Shown here: positions 35,901-49,753 of the stretch, piece by piece
Numbering within the stretch: position 1 is the first letter of the stretch
How the letters are laid out: each line of letters starts with the position of its first letter
NCBI GenBank assembly: GCA_010093815.1
Contig: ML996575.1
Strand: one strand, 5' to 3'
Source: Pseudovirgaria hyperparasitica
Taxonomy: Eukaryota
Length of the DNA stretch: 64,000 nt
The notes under the pieces: model-generated
Seen by the model: the letters and a program-made list of their open reading frames with translations, nothing else
What the model was told of the DNA's origin: nothing
Databases searched by the model: none
Made by a program: the position numbers and the translations under genes

Positions 35901-37912
35901 ATCAGTGTCGCGTCCATTTCGCGTAGGAGAGGATGGCCTCGGACTAGCTGAGTCATTGTCTGAGTCAGGTCGACTGACTGTGCTGGTTGTCCTTTCATGT
36001 AGTGGCCGAGGGCTGGGAGAATCGATCTGACTGGCGGTTATGGAGTGTCGAAGTAAACTGCCCTGTTCAGCGCGCTCAGCGCGGGCTTCCTGTGGATGGT
36101 TGAAGCGGAAAATGTGGAAGTCACCAAGGATAATGCGAAATCCACTCCTGAGACGCTTTGGTTTTTCTATGCGCTGGCCATTAACCATGACTGCAGCATT
36201 GTCTTTTGGTACAACGGTGACTACACCGTCGACATTTTCGAAGGAACAATGGTCCTGTAGAATTTTGGAGCCGTTGAGTCGTATCTCAACATTACTTGCC
36301 GATTCGCTCCCAACAGTAGTTGTACCGGGTTTGAGGTTGTAGATGAGGCATTCCGCAAGCAGCGGATCATCGCTCAGATTGACTAGATGTGGCATTTTCT
36401 TCGGCGTTGATAGCCCAATCGAGCCCTTTTCGATAGTGATACCAAGATCCTCAAGAGCTTGTTCGCGCTCTTTGTGAATCTCTTCGGTCTTCTGCAGTTT
36501 CTCCTCCCACGTTTGGTTAAGATCCTTGTAGAGTTTCTCCGATTGATTTAACTGTTCTGCAATCTCAGCCTTAGAAACTTTCTTGACTGTACCATCAGCT
36601 TGCGTTATAGATACGATCTGCTTTTCGAGGGGTGTATCTGGCGCATATTGTGGTTCCTCGGACATCCCTGCTCCACCCCCACCCCCTGTGAGCTTCGAGC
36701 GGAGTTGCGCAAGTTCCTCTTTGAGCTCACGGATCATCCGAGCGTTTGGATCCTCGTTCACAACAGCATGGTTCTTGATACGTTTAGCGGAATCAGCGTA
36801 ACGGAGCGTTGATAGAGTTTCGTCGAAGTTGATGTCGGCTGGTGAGATAGCAGCAATCATGGCCGTCATACTGTTTCCACCCAAAGAATCTTTTAACAGC
36901 CATGTCAACACAGAGTCTCGATATGGTACCATGTTTGCCTTCTTGTTCTTCCCTGTGGACAAATCTGCCAGGGCTGCTATAACACGTCCTAAGGTCGACA
37001 GGGATCTATTGATTTCTGCTCCCTCTTTCAAACGCGCACCCGTTGCTCCAGTCGAAGTAGCTCTCTCTGAACCTGCCAAGTCTACAAGACTAATTTTGGC
37101 GACTTTCTCAGAATCCATGTTGGTCTCAACGTCGTGGCGTTTTTGGGTAAGAGTGAGAGTAAACACTGCGTGGGATCGACTCGAGGTTTCGTTCATGTTT
37201 GTTGCTGCGACCGTACGAGCTTTATTTCCTTCGTCCATCAAGTTTTCGATTTCCTGGAACGAGCGCACGACAAGCTTTGCTAGATCTTCCACGTACGGTC
37301 CAGTCGATGGGTGCTCTCGGACTTTGAGATTGCCTTTATTCGATGGATTTAGAAGATCTCGGACGCGTTCGTTATAAATTTCCAGGTAAGACACTTCTAC
37401 AGTGCTGCTCAAAGTCTTGTCCTGTTCCATTTCCGTGATTCGATCAAACATACTCCTACAGATCTTAGGAATGACACCCGCCTCTTCCCCATAACCCATC
37501 ATGGAGTATGATTTTCCGGAGCCTGTTTGTCCATATGCAAAAATACAATTGTTGTACCCTCCAAATGCATTGTCCAGCAGTGGCTTTCCCAGATCATTGA
37601 ACAGGTCATCTTGGCCCGCAAAATGCTTGTCGTTACGGTCAAATGACCAATAACTCTTGTCAAATGCAAATGTCTTCTTTCCTTCTACAGCAGCCTTCGC
37701 GTTCTTGGACTTTGAATCGATGTTTGACGGAGGGGTAAGGACTGTTTGGGTATCTTTCATGTGCACAATACATTGCGCATTTCGATCCTTCTCTGTGGGA
37801 CATGAGTAAGGAGACGCATATCCCGGGTTTTGTGTGACCACATACCTCTCCCGTTGAACGGTCTCACCCTGACCACCACCTTGATGTTTCCTCCTCCTCC
37901 AACGGCGGCCAT
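32949..37912 (-). CDS. uncA: Kinesin-3 motor (Unc104/KIF1A/UncA)
   Basis: NIKVVVRVRPFNGRE first exon, GQTGSGKS P-loop, NETSSRSH, LVDLAGSE, FHA domain, C-terminal PH domain. One short intron near 37793-37844. Confidence 0.97.
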
Positions 37913-38336
37913 GGTACCGGAGGGGTTGCGCAAGGAGCTAGCTGACTTAGGACAATACGAATCAGATATTGTGGTATGACTATGTCGTTATCTCAGGCGG
38001 CCGCATGGCTGCAGTCAAAAAGAAGAGGCTGTCGCGTCGGACGATGCGCGTCGAGAGTTCTGAGAACGAGGCGTTGTGGTTCGTTGGGCGGAGGGCTGAG
38101 GAGCTGAGAGAGCTCGGGCGCCGCGGCGGGACCACCCCTGCTGACGTAGATCTCTGCGCGTGTTGAATAATAAAACTTCCAAAGTTACACGAACTTTAGA
38201 CAATACCTACTAATGGTGTTGCCGCTGTGACTTCATCGTTGATCGATAGATGTTTGTATATGCTATCTAGTTCAAAGTCTACGGTCATTACTCCTTCGGT
38301 GTCCATTGCCTCACAGCCACTCATCTTCACAAAGCG

Positions 38337-39915
38337 ATGTCGGATGCGCAATCAACCATGATGTTACGACCTCCTATAAAGCGAACTATGCGAACCCTTG
38401 ATCGCGCCTTTTTCAAGACCACTGTCCCTATATCAGCCGCCAGAGTACATAAAATCCAGGACATATCCGAAGTAAGGAGCAAAATACTCAAGAGCAAGGA
38501 CAAGTTCGTTTGGAATCGCATACCTTCGCTCAAACCCGACCCAGATGAAAAACACGCAAAGGCTGGAGGGAAGTGCTTACTGTTAAAGCCTGAAGTTAAA
38601 CACGATGGTACGCTGCTACGGGTGTCTTGGATTACGTGGACAACCGCTGATTGCAATAGCCAGATCGATCGACATGGAGCCCTACAATTAAAGATCTGGA
38701 GAATGAGGGAACCATCGCTGTCATACCATACACCCTTGACCTGGATTATGACTCGTGGACATACGGTACTATGGTTACCTTCGCTATAGAATCTCTCTAA
38801 CAATTTGTAGACGACATTATGCGAGCAATACTCCCAGAAGAGGATATGCATGGTGATATACCAACAGGATTTTCAACAATTGGACACGTTGGTATGTTAG
38901 GATTAGGATTAGGATGATTCGAGGTTTTGCTAACCTCAACGAAGCTCATATGAATCTCCGCGAGCGCTATCTTCCCTACAAACATACAATCGCTCAAATC
39001 ATCAAGGACAAATCATCAAGTATAAAAACAGTAATAAATAAGATTGACCCTATAGGTAACGAAGAGAATGAGTTCCGCACTTTTCAATATGAAGTCCTTG
39101 TTGGTGAAGATGACCTCGATGTCGAAGCCCGTCATCAAGATTGCATCTTCCGCTTCAACTTTGGCAAAGTCTACTGGAATCCGCGCCTGCATACAGAACA
39201 CCAGCGTATCATCAAGCAGTTTCAACCTGGCCAAGCGATTTGCGATGTCATGGCGGGTATTGGTCCCTTCGCTATCCCAGCTGCCAAATGGGGCCGGCAT
39301 TTCGTGTTTGCGAATGATCTCAATCCTGAGAGCTATAGATATCTCAAAGATGCGATAGAATTGAATGGAGTAGAGCCGTTTGTGGAGCCGTTCAACGAGG
39401 ATGGACACGACTTTATCCGAACGTCAGCGCAAGCACTCGCTTTGAAGCACAAGAGGGTCGTTATAAAAGGCAAGAAACCTCGTCATGCGCGGCAACCAGC
39501 CCCAGAAACGTACTTCGATCGACCCGCCACCTTCGCTCACTACACTATGAACCTGCCCGGAAATGCGATTGATTTTATTTCTGACTTTATCGGCCTTTAC
39601 AATAAACCCTTTGCATCTAAGCCGCAGGCTCACGACGACCGCGATCTTCCACGGGACCCAAGGCAGCTATTCGAGCCATATACTGCGGTGAAGTTGCCTA
39701 TGGTACACGTATACTGTTTCTGCAGCGAAGACGACAACGAAGCCGCAAAGCGTAGCATCTGCAAGCGAATTAGCGAAAAGCTGGAGTATGAAATTACACC
39801 TGATACTCCAGAGGTCCATATTGAAGATGTGAGAAAGGTATCGACGCATAAGCGATATTTCTGCGCGAGCTTTAGACTCCCACATGAGGTGGTGTTCCGA
39901 AACTTAGAAGTATAG
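38337..39915 (+). CDS. TRM5: tRNA (guanine-N1)-methyltransferase Trm5
   Basis: MRTLDRAFF, LDYDSWTY, IPTGFSTIGHVAHMNLR, FGKVYWNPRLHTEH, DVMAGIGPFA, ANDLNP, MNLP. Three introns. Confidence 0.95.
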
Positions 39916-40039
39916 ACAAAGGACGATAACGACACACATGTCACTATATACCCTGCCGCCTGGTCTTACACCACCTGTATATACATGAAAGGGTAGCCCA
40001 AAGCACACTATATGATACACTCTTCTCCATTATGATTCA

Positions 40040-40775
40040 TCAAAATGCACCCATCTTCTTCAACATATTCGTCTCTTTGATTGCAGCTCTCCTCTTATCC
40101 CTCATAGCTGCCGATAGCCCCTCTCTCGCAAGACCAGCCGCAACAGCACCATCCACAGAGCCATCACCAGCGGGCAGGTCCACAGACTGCTCATAAATTG
40201 GAATCTTCGGTGCCACACCCTCGGGATTCGCCAGTGCCTCCCTACGGGCAATTTTCGCCGCCGCCCGACGCTGTTTCTTCGACCTCACTGTTGTTCATCC
40301 GCATTAGCCCACGAAATCCACATTACACCACAAAGTCGACCACCGTTGAGAAAGAAAAAAACGTACGATATTCATCCCCACGGCTGCCGCCTTCCGCAGT
40401 CTCCTTCTCTTTCGGCGTCAGTACATCCCACAGCCAATCCGGATATTCTCTGTCCTCCATGGCCACGGGGTCGGGCTGGTTCACCATCAAGGCCAGGCCT
40501 TTTAACGGCGTGCCCGCTGGTACCGTGGAGCGCGTTATTGTCTTTGACGAGGGTTTTGGTCGCGCCTTGATGTCAGCAGACGCATTGGCAGAAGATGGCG
40601 GAGGCGTTGCAGAGAGTGACTGAGCGGATGAGGTTGCCGTGCTGCTCGTCGGTGGTGATGTGAGGATGGGAGAGCTCGTCAGGGCCCGGGTTTGGCGAAT
40701 GGAGACGACGCGCGTGCGAGAAGAGATTGGGATTAGATTGCCGGCAGATGCCCGCAAGCACTGGCGACAGATCAT
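40040..40775 (-). CDS. MRPL37: Mitochondrial ribosomal protein mL54
   Basis: Arg/Ser-rich presequence, then STVPAGTPLKGL...DPVAMEDREYPDWLWDVL. Second exon ends ...RRAAIKETNMLKKM. Confidence 0.88.
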
Positions 40776-41160
40776 CTTGTATTAGTCGAGGCTGTACTTT
40801 TGGTTGGATTTCCAAGTGAAGCAATAGCCAGGGTCTTAACTTTTAGACATATCGGGTGAATGTTTCGCCGGAGGCGCGTTTTCACGTGCACTGCATATGA
40901 GCCAATCAACTTGCAACACTACATATGCATTGTTGCAGCAGCATATTTATGTTGTTCTGTCGGTATGCACTTGTAAGGCTGCAGCAGTGCGTCGATGCAA
41001 TAATTGTCTATTGTACTCATACGTGTACAGCTCTTTTCCTTGGTGAAACTCTATTATGACGTGCTTAAATTCGACAATGCGCTCGCTCCTGGTTGTCGGC
41101 GACCCCTTTCAACCAACTCCAAAACTCTTGACTTTAATTCTTCGTAGAATCTAGGGATCA

Positions 41161-44100
41161 TCAGCCAGCCAGGACTCCCCGAATCATGTCCAAAAAGTTA
41201 GGATGTAACTTCGTGAGCTCTCGAATATCTGGCTTCGCTGGCTCGCCTGCTGTACGCCTTAAAGCATCTGCTCTCCTCGCACGTCGCTTACGTTCTGCGC
41301 CAATGGGATCTGCGAGATCCTCGTCGTCCAGGTCGCTCTCGTCGTCATCATCACTGCCTTGGTCGTCAAGCTCAAGATCGGCGAGATCACGCTGTTTTCA
41401 AGGGTCAGCAAAGCTGTGTATTCAAAGCGACAGCATCAACATACCTCGTCTAGTCCAAAATCACTGCTTTTGAAACCGGCGGTGAACCCGCTTAACAGCT
41501 CACTTGCGGGATCAGTGCCACCCCCTGATGCCATCTTCTGTCGTGTTTTATCCTGATGCCACTTTTTCCTAGCTAATTGCCATCTCACCAGGGAGTTGAT
41601 CTCCGTGATACCTAAATCCTTATCTATGAGGCCCGAATCGATCCCACCCTGGAACAGTGCGTTCATGTTCAGTTTGCCACCTCCGCTGGGCCCGTGTCGC
41701 AAAAATTCTAAAATGCCGTCTATCCAGCTCATGAGCTGATCGAACAGGCCATTGTCATGTATATGAACTTCATGGATGAATTTGTATAGGTTGTCTTCAT
41801 GGCGAGCGCAGAGATCAATGAATGCTTGTACGGTCTGGTTTGGGTCTGCGGCGACGTCCTGGCGCTGCGCCGCTTCAACAGTCTTAACTACATCGTCTAC
41901 AAAGACGGCGAAGTCCGTGATGCTATTGTAAACGTTGGCGGATTTGTATACTCTTACTAAAGGCTCGTAGAAGATCGTGAATAGATCACGAAACAATTGC
42001 AGAGTGGTTGGTTCTTCGATAATCTCAAGCATCATAGCTTTGTCTCGTCGTCGCATATTGAGCTTCAACAATTGCTTGAGGTGAGCGAATAGTTCAGCCC
42101 CCTGGCGCATTTCTGCATCGACGTTCTCCACGGCATTGTTCCAAGCAACATAGGCATTAAAGACCAATCCGATTTGTTCAGAAGATAGCTCCGGTCCATA
42201 GAGTTCTGATCGAAGAAGAGCCACGACAAGGTCAATCTGTTCCTCATCGGCCTGAGTTCGAATAGCCTCTTTAACGTCCTCATCCGCATTTGTGAAGGCC
42301 TTGATCTTATCAGCTAGCACGGGATCTTTGATCTTCGAAGATACTAAACTATCGATGGATTTTTGTACAGATCGAATTCCATCATTGATCGCCATGCCAA
42401 AGATCCGCTGCAGAAGCGAACGCGCTCCCCAAGGCTGAGCCAGAAACAAGTCAAGTACGCCACTCATGACAGCAGCTGGATTGGCAATCCGGATGACATT
42501 TTTAAGCACCGTGTATGGTACGAGGGAGTGTATCCTTTTGGCTTGTGCGAATAGTTCGGGCGAATTGTCTTCCGCAAGAAATAGGTGATATATTGTGGCA
42601 GCAACTCTGTTCTCTGTCAGGTTTTACTACTCCACCTCAGATCGTAACGATGACTCACTCTATCCGAAGCCATTCTGCAAACTTCTGATATTCTGGTTTT
42701 AATTCTGCGATAGTCTTTTTGACGCGAATCTCTTGAAACAAATGGGACAGGCCATCTGTACGGATTTAGTTACCCATTGAACTTTGGACGACTGTTAAAA
42801 ACCTACTGGCTTCTACGATTTCTCGTCTGAACTTCTCCATGTGAATGTCGAGTTCTTGAGCCCGTCTACGAGCAACCTCGTAGAATCTCTTCTGCTCTTC
42901 GATTCGTTTTTCGTCCATGTCTTTACGTCTTTCTGCGTCCTCAAGCTCTTCCTCATTGAGTCGAATCGGGTCGCTCGTGAGGAATTCAGCCATGGCATTC
43001 GAATGGGCTATTTGTTCATTTTGCAGGAAGTTGCGAAGGAATGCTCTCAGAGAGACGCGCTGCTCTTCTCGATACATAACACGTGGTTCCTTGAATGTGA
43101 TGTTGTCACTGGAAGATCGAGGAGATCTGTTATTAAGGGAGGTTGTCGAAGCGTTCTTCTTATGGCCCCATAGATAGCCCCTGATGCCTCCTCCGCCACC
43201 AGTATCAACAGGCTGCTCTACTTGAAGACTCTGTGTTGATGTCGAGGAGATCGATTCGTCGTCTTCCGCTGTACCAGACAGCATCGAATTCTTCTTGTTC
43301 TTCCGTGGTAGCGGAGGAAGGACTTTCCCGGGTATCTCTAGACGGATTCTTTTGTGGAGTGCCACGAAGTCTGCGAATTTCCGGCCAATATATATCTCAT
43401 CTCCGCCCGATCGCTTTACCCGAATCAGGTACTCCTAGTTTTTGTGAGTTGACCGCTCCAGGGGAGAATCATCCTACTCACGGCGTGTGTGTGATATCTG
43501 ACATGCTTCTTCACCGACGTGGTCCTCACAGAAGCAACATTAATGTCCCAACCGTTAATCTCATGCCCCTGTGGAACATTTTGGACAAGACCATTCTCAT
43601 TCGCTTGCCTATCAACAACTTCCATTTCCGCAAATCGTATCCTCTCTTCATAGCCTGAGGCCGTGGGTATACCAGACACCATCATTAGTTCCACCAGCTT
43701 CTCTGCTTTTTGGGCAAGCTTCCGCCTCTTTGTCTCTTCAAGTCGGTCCTCAGAAGAGGATATGTGCTTGTTCGCGAAGGATTCGAGGAACTGGACTCGG
43801 AGTAGTTTCATCAGCGTGGGCCTGGAATTTGTTTAGCAAGGGCCTAAACGTACGACTTGAAGTTTATCCTGCCAGAACTCTTTCTCTTTTGCTTTATCCA
43901 AGAAAGGGAAGTTCCGAACATGATTGACAAATATGAAGCGAAGTAGAGGAAGCTCGGAATCTTCTGGCGCAACTTCGCCTGCATCAGACCGAAAAGGTGC
44001 GCCAAAGCGCTGAAGGGCCGTTGGTGTGTTAAGCTCGCTGATTTCGAGTTTCGCTTGTCTGGAAAGCAGTTCTCGTTTCAAGTCTAAGGTGAAAGTCAGT

Positions 44101-44333
44101 GAGACATACACGGATACATGCAAGCTAGACTGACAGTGTTCCTGTTTACCAGTCAAAATTGAGCCTGGGGGAGGCACAGAAGCTGTGGATACGAAAGAAT
44201 CATCGGCGCGTAATAGCTTCTGGCGCTCTGGTCTGATCGACTTGTCTGGCTCCCCGAAGTTGGGATTTGTCGCAGTAGAGGGGTCCGCCTGGACCGCGCC
44301 ATTGAGAGCAATCTTGGGTGGTTCGGCAGGCAT
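41161..44333 (-). CDS. PX-domain protein (PXB/PX/DUF3818 type, yeast YPR097W-like)
   Basis: LKRELL...ALQRFGAPF, FVNHVRNFPFL, FWQDKLQ, REEQRVSLRAFLR, LFLAQPWGARSLLQR. Six exons; stop TGA at 41161-41163. Confidence 0.88.
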
Positions 44334-45350
44334 GCTTCGAGGTTGTCCGAATAGGGGGAGGATGTTAAGGATAAGAGAGGTATACTCCGTAGGGGAGAAC
44401 AGAGGTTAAAGAGTGAAGGCCTCGTTCATTGACGCGTGTGCACAATGCACGGCCCGGGGAATTGAAGCCTGGTAGAAGCTCAGCTTGAGGCTGGGTTGAC
44501 CTATCGCGGGGCTCGCCCAGAAGAATCAATGAATCCCTGAACTTTGAACGACTCGTCGAGGGGCAAAGGATAACGAATGATGAGAACTAGCCTGACCCCC
44601 AAGTAGCGAGGAGGAGTATCATTAGGTATTATTATGTCGTCGTGCTTTGAACGTTTCGGGCGGGCACGTTACGAGATGGTTCACAAGAAGAGAGAGGTGC
44701 GCTCCCTCCAACTATGTGGATTAGGAATGCAGTAGTGAATACATAGACTGCTGCATACTAGTACCTAGATAGTAATGACGGCACCCACTGCGCAGTGTTG
44801 CAGCCCTATTGTGGCGTCTAAGCCACTGGTTTATCCACTTGCGGTTCTGCGGTTCTACGTTTTAATTACTATAAGAATGGTAACAATCTACGGCTAGGCA
44901 GGGCTCAGGGTTATAATTTGATGCCGGCTCACCGAAGCTCATGCCGCCCGGTAGCATATGCATACCATCTAGAATTCTTTTCTTTGGAAGACCCACGAGT
45001 CAGTCTAATGCCTAGGTAGATATGTGTTCGGTCTTGTCGGTAAGATAGTCAACCTCCAGTCTGGACAGTAATTAAGTCTGTGAAGCTCCTACAATTTGCC
45101 ATGCCCATATCTCTCATTTGATATACTAAGTTCTACTTTTACATTTCATATTTTCAGCGCCATTTGCCAGGCTCACCATAGACGCGCGAGCTTTCGATCA
45201 TGTCCTTCCTACCTCACGCACACACAAAGGACCGCCAATAAATGATACCTCGATCTCCACTTCATTCGACGTTTAGATATATTCCTTCCACCGAAGGATT
45301 ATGTCAGATTGGAAATGTATAACATACTTCTACGCTAGGTCTGGGTGTCG

Positions 45351-48143
45351 TCAGTAGTCCAACGCACCGTTCGTATTTCCGCCGACGGCATCTAGATCCT
45401 CGTAGCTTTTTAGGCTTCGTCCCTGGACGGCTTCACGTGGGCCTACTGTCGCCACACCACCTTCAGCATAGCGAGGGTTGTTACCGCGTTGACCGATGCG
45501 AGGGGGCGTCAAGCGTCCAGTATTACCAGCATTCCAGCGCATGTTCCGTGAATCTTTCGTTTGTCTGTCGTAGGGATTGTTCCCTCTGGTGTTGGTGAAC
45601 CTGCCTCCGCCACGGCGCATGGGCCCTACTCCGTGGCGATCGTCGTCGCCGCCCGGACCAGCCCAGTTATTTCCTGCTCCCGATTGAGCAAGGAAAGCTT
45701 GAAAGGCAGCTGGATTAGGCATTCCTTGACCAAAGTTCATTTGAAGCTGATTGAGACTGAACCCGCGAGGCGTACCGGCTGGTTGGTGATGGTTCGGGAA
45801 ATGACCATTGCTGTTCGCATCGGTCCGAGACGGCGCAATGTGAGCAGGATCGAGCACGTAGGCGTTGATCAAGTCAACCTGACATACCGTTAGTGATAAC
45901 GCGGATGATGAATGTGTAACATGGTGCTTACCTCATGCTTAAGCTTTTGGTAGAATTCCTCGTGCCTTTTCTCCACATGCTTTCGCCAGAATGTTTGGCC
46001 TTTGAACAACTTCGTACATTCGGGAACTTTGCAGCGGAATTTCGACTCGTCCTCTTGCTTTACGTACTTGCTGAGTTCGTCCTCCAGAGCCTCTTCAGCA
46101 GGCTTACCTCCAATTTTCTTGATATCGACGCTTTCGGGATCCAAGATTTGAAGAAGTTTATCTTCATATGTCCTGACCCAATTGAAGGCCTTCTGAAGTT
46201 GGCCTTGAGTTTTGTTATTTCTGTTGAATTTCTTCTCCTCCGGAGAACCATCGCCATCGTTGTCCACATTAGATTCTTGCTTCTTGAGAGGAAAAGGCTC
46301 TCCCGCAGCGCTTGCTTTGGCAGCTGATTTGGCAGCGGTTGTCAAGCTCGATCTTGGACGACGAAGATGGCCTCCAGGACACTTTCGCAGAAGTTCGTGG
46401 ACCGAGTCGCTTTCAAAGACGCAGAAGAAACAGAAGTTGAATACGCGGCGGAGGTATTCTACGAGCAGATCTAGTTTCTTCTTCTTTGCCAGCAGTTCTT
46501 CGTCATCCATATCGTCGTCATACGCATCCCCGGTTTCCTCTTCTTCACCATCTTCCATATCGTCTGACTCGGGCTCTTTCTTTGGTACAGGCTCGGGCTG
46601 GGGCTGAAGCCTGCCCTGATTACGAAGATCCTCAACACGGTCTTCGATCTTACTTAATCCATTATAGTCAGTGCCCAGCTCCTCATCAAATTTCTCTGCC
46701 AGTCGCATGGCCAGATGAAGGTCACGATCAATGCGCTCCGGGGCTGAAAAGAGATCCCATAAGGCTTTTTTCCTGGGTGCTGGTTGTGGATCATGGATGC
46801 CCACGTGGCAAGTGAAGTCGCCTCTTTCCTCATCGTGAATGGTCTTCCCATTCAGCTCAGGTACAGCCTTGGCGGCAGTGCCAACTGGTGCTGGTGGCGG
46901 TTCAGATTCTATCGCACCATCTTCTCCGTCGCCCATAACTTTGTCGCCGTCATCTGCCGGTGACTCGTCGCCAGGACGAAGGACTACCCAACCAATGCGG
47001 TGATAACGCTTGAGCGGATTTGGATCGCTGAGGCTGAGCCATTTGAAACCTCCTGCACCATCGCCCAGATGTTCTTTACAAAACTCTTCCATCTTTGCCC
47101 GGCTCACCGTTGGTGCGATGGTTTTGATGAGGAGTGTCGGTTGCTGTGAAGCTTCGTCCTTGACCTCTCCACCCGGAGTAGGTAGCAAGTCCCCAGGCCC
47201 CAATACTTCAGTTGCTGCAGTCATCTCGCCCTCCTCTTTCTCTAGCACGCCACCGGCTCCATTACTTTCACTTTTATAAATACCTTCCAGAGTGAGGTTA
47301 TCAAATTCACCCGCCGCTAGGTCATGCTCCCATTGCTCATAGGATCCTTGTCTGAAGGTTTTCAGTTGCTGCCGGAACGGATCTCGAATTGCGGGCTCAT
47401 ATCGTTCTTTGAACCATTCCTCGCCTTTGTGTTGTCTGACGAAATCTCCCGCCATCTTCACTTGTAGCTTTTCTTTGTATGCATCATAGGCGGCCTGGAT
47501 CTGTTCTCGCTCTTTACCTCGTTCTTCTCTCGATTCTTTATCGCCCTTCACACGTTCGGCGCGACGGCCTCCATTCTTTTGTCGGTCCTTTTCTTCCCGT
47601 ATGGCCTGGTCGACGCGCCACCACTCGGCAAAAAAGTTGAATCCAACCTGATAGTCTAGATTGATGGGGTTTGGCATGGGATTTTGAGTGATCGACGGGG
47701 CGATGTCTTGTCCAGGTACGTACCGATCGATGCCAGCCTGGATCGGAGCAGGTGATGAGCGGCGTCGATGAATATCATCACGGTTACGATAATGATCATC
47801 CCGCTGCCGGTCTGGTTGATATCTGTCGATGTTCTGGGGGGAGCGAGATCTACCACGGCCGTTGCGTCGAGCGCCTGAGTCTGAATTAGTAAACCTGGTT
47901 GGCAAAGAAATTGTATATGTAGTGTTTTTGGAGGCTATACACCACTTGGTAGGAGGCGTGTGAGTATGACGTCTCCAGGCTTGGGGAAAGTGGATGAGTA
48001 TAGTACCAGTTGAATTCATGGGCTTACCTGGTGATCTTCTGCGGTACAAGTCTCCAGCCACCCTACTTTCATCGACACGCGATCTATATACGTTAGCATT
48101 TTTCGTGTGGGAACCAACCGTGTTCTTACGGATAAGTATCCAT
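45351..48143 (-). CDS. SERRATE/Ars2 cap-binding-complex RNA-processing protein
   Basis: HKGEEWFKERY, TLLIKTIAPTVSR, LDLLVEYLRRVFNFCFFC, C2H2 finger FRCKVPECTKLFKG..FWRKHVEKRH, C-terminal SYEDLDA. First exon ATGGATACTTATCC|GTAAGA. Confidence 0.92.
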
Positions 48144-49009
48144 AGCTCCGGTAGACGCCGGACTCAGTGGCTTACGCCAACGACGACTCGGCGAGAATGG
48201 TTGCTTGTTGACAAGAATCAATCAAGGACTTTCGAGACTGGGATGTATATCGCTATTCGTTCGGTGGTGTTGGGTTGAATATAGATGACAAATGTCTAGA
48301 GAGCTGTGCGCCGATGATGACTTGCGTTAGAGCATTTCGAAGAAAGAGAAAAGAATCGAACGAGTAGATAAATTGAGGGAATGAGACGACATGTCATGAT
48401 AATGCGATATGCGCCATATGATTGTAGTGGTAGGAGGCGACACAGACACGGCCGTGAGGCTATGGGGCTTGAAGAAGAGAAGAGGTTGGGTAGAGCAGGT
48501 AGGCTGCTATTGCATAAAGGTGGAGAGACATGATGAGCGGACAAAGCCGGGGAGGGAGAGACCAACAATTGAGTTGTAAGCGAAACGTTCGCAAGGTCTC
48601 GATGTGAATCGAGATAGTTGCTGGAAGACGACGGCGGTCGTTGTGTTAAGTGTGAAGTGGTAGCATCTGAGTGTAGCTCAGCAGGAGATGAGCGCGCCGG
48701 GACATTCGCGGTCGCGCTAGCTAACTAGAGCTGTCTGGCCGAGGCCCTCGCCCCGAGCTGAAGTGGAGATAGGTAGTTGAACCTATGGATGTGTACTAGC
48801 TTTCTTTAATCAGCTTGCTTGCCGGGCATAGATATACTACAACCCATTACCCTGATGCCAGGCCTTTGCCGTTTACAACAGCCATAGTCATCACTCTGCG
48901 CCAACATACCTACTCCATAGGCATTAAATTGGATGACGCACGTTCAGAGTTGCCCATTAGTTTCCAGTCATCACGAAGTATTTCATCGAACAACAAACGT
49001 TCAGTCGAC

Positions 49010-49684
49010 ATGACGTCGCATATCCCTTCCATGACCCTTCCGCGCTTCGTATTCGAGGCTCCAGCGGCTTCAATCCTTCTACCCGTTGCTCTCGGTACCG
49101 CTATTGGCTATTCTACACGCCGTATGCATACATCATGAATAAACCGGACGACCATGTCCGCTGACAGCATGCCAATCTAGCTAAACGTACGAAGGCCACG
49201 TACGCAACTTTGAAAAACCCACCAGGCAATCCTCCAGCCTGGGTGTTTGGTCCAACATGGACCGGTCTGTATGCTATGATGGGCTATTCTGCCTACCGCG
49301 CGTGGAACATCGGCATGTCGTCCATGAATCCCCATACGGTTGAGTTGGCGAAGGTCCGTATCGATATATGTATTCGGGCAAGGATTCTGACTATGTTACT
49401 AGCATGGAGCGACGCTATATACGATCCAGCTAGGCTTGAATCTCATTTGGATGCCACTGTTCTTTGGCATGGGAAAGCCGATCGCGGCATCGGTTGACAT
49501 CGTAGCTTTGACCAGTGTGACAGGATACTTGGCTTACATCTGGGGCCAGGTTGATGCCACCAGCGGATGGTTGCTGGCGCCATATCTTGCCTGGCTCGGA
49601 TTTGCCAACTATCTGTGCCATGGTGCGGGCTACCTCAACAACTGGGACTTCAGCGGCAAGGTAGGCACGTTCAAGAGACAGTAA
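49010..49684 (+). CDS. TspO/MBR family translocator protein
   Basis: LKNPPGNPPAWVFGPTWTGLYAMMGY, QLGLNLIWMPLFFG, LLAPYLAWLGFA. Two introns. Confidence 0.93.
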
Positions 49685-49753
49685 ATGTCCTTATTCGATC
49701 AATTTACGCTTGTACATATATTTTCAGAACTGCTACTTGTGGCTAGAGCCAGC

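Noticed and set aside
38897..38914. TTAGGA x3 as a telomeric seed
   Set aside because: Not TTAGGG, only three units, and inside a TRM5 intron; an ordinary microsatellite.
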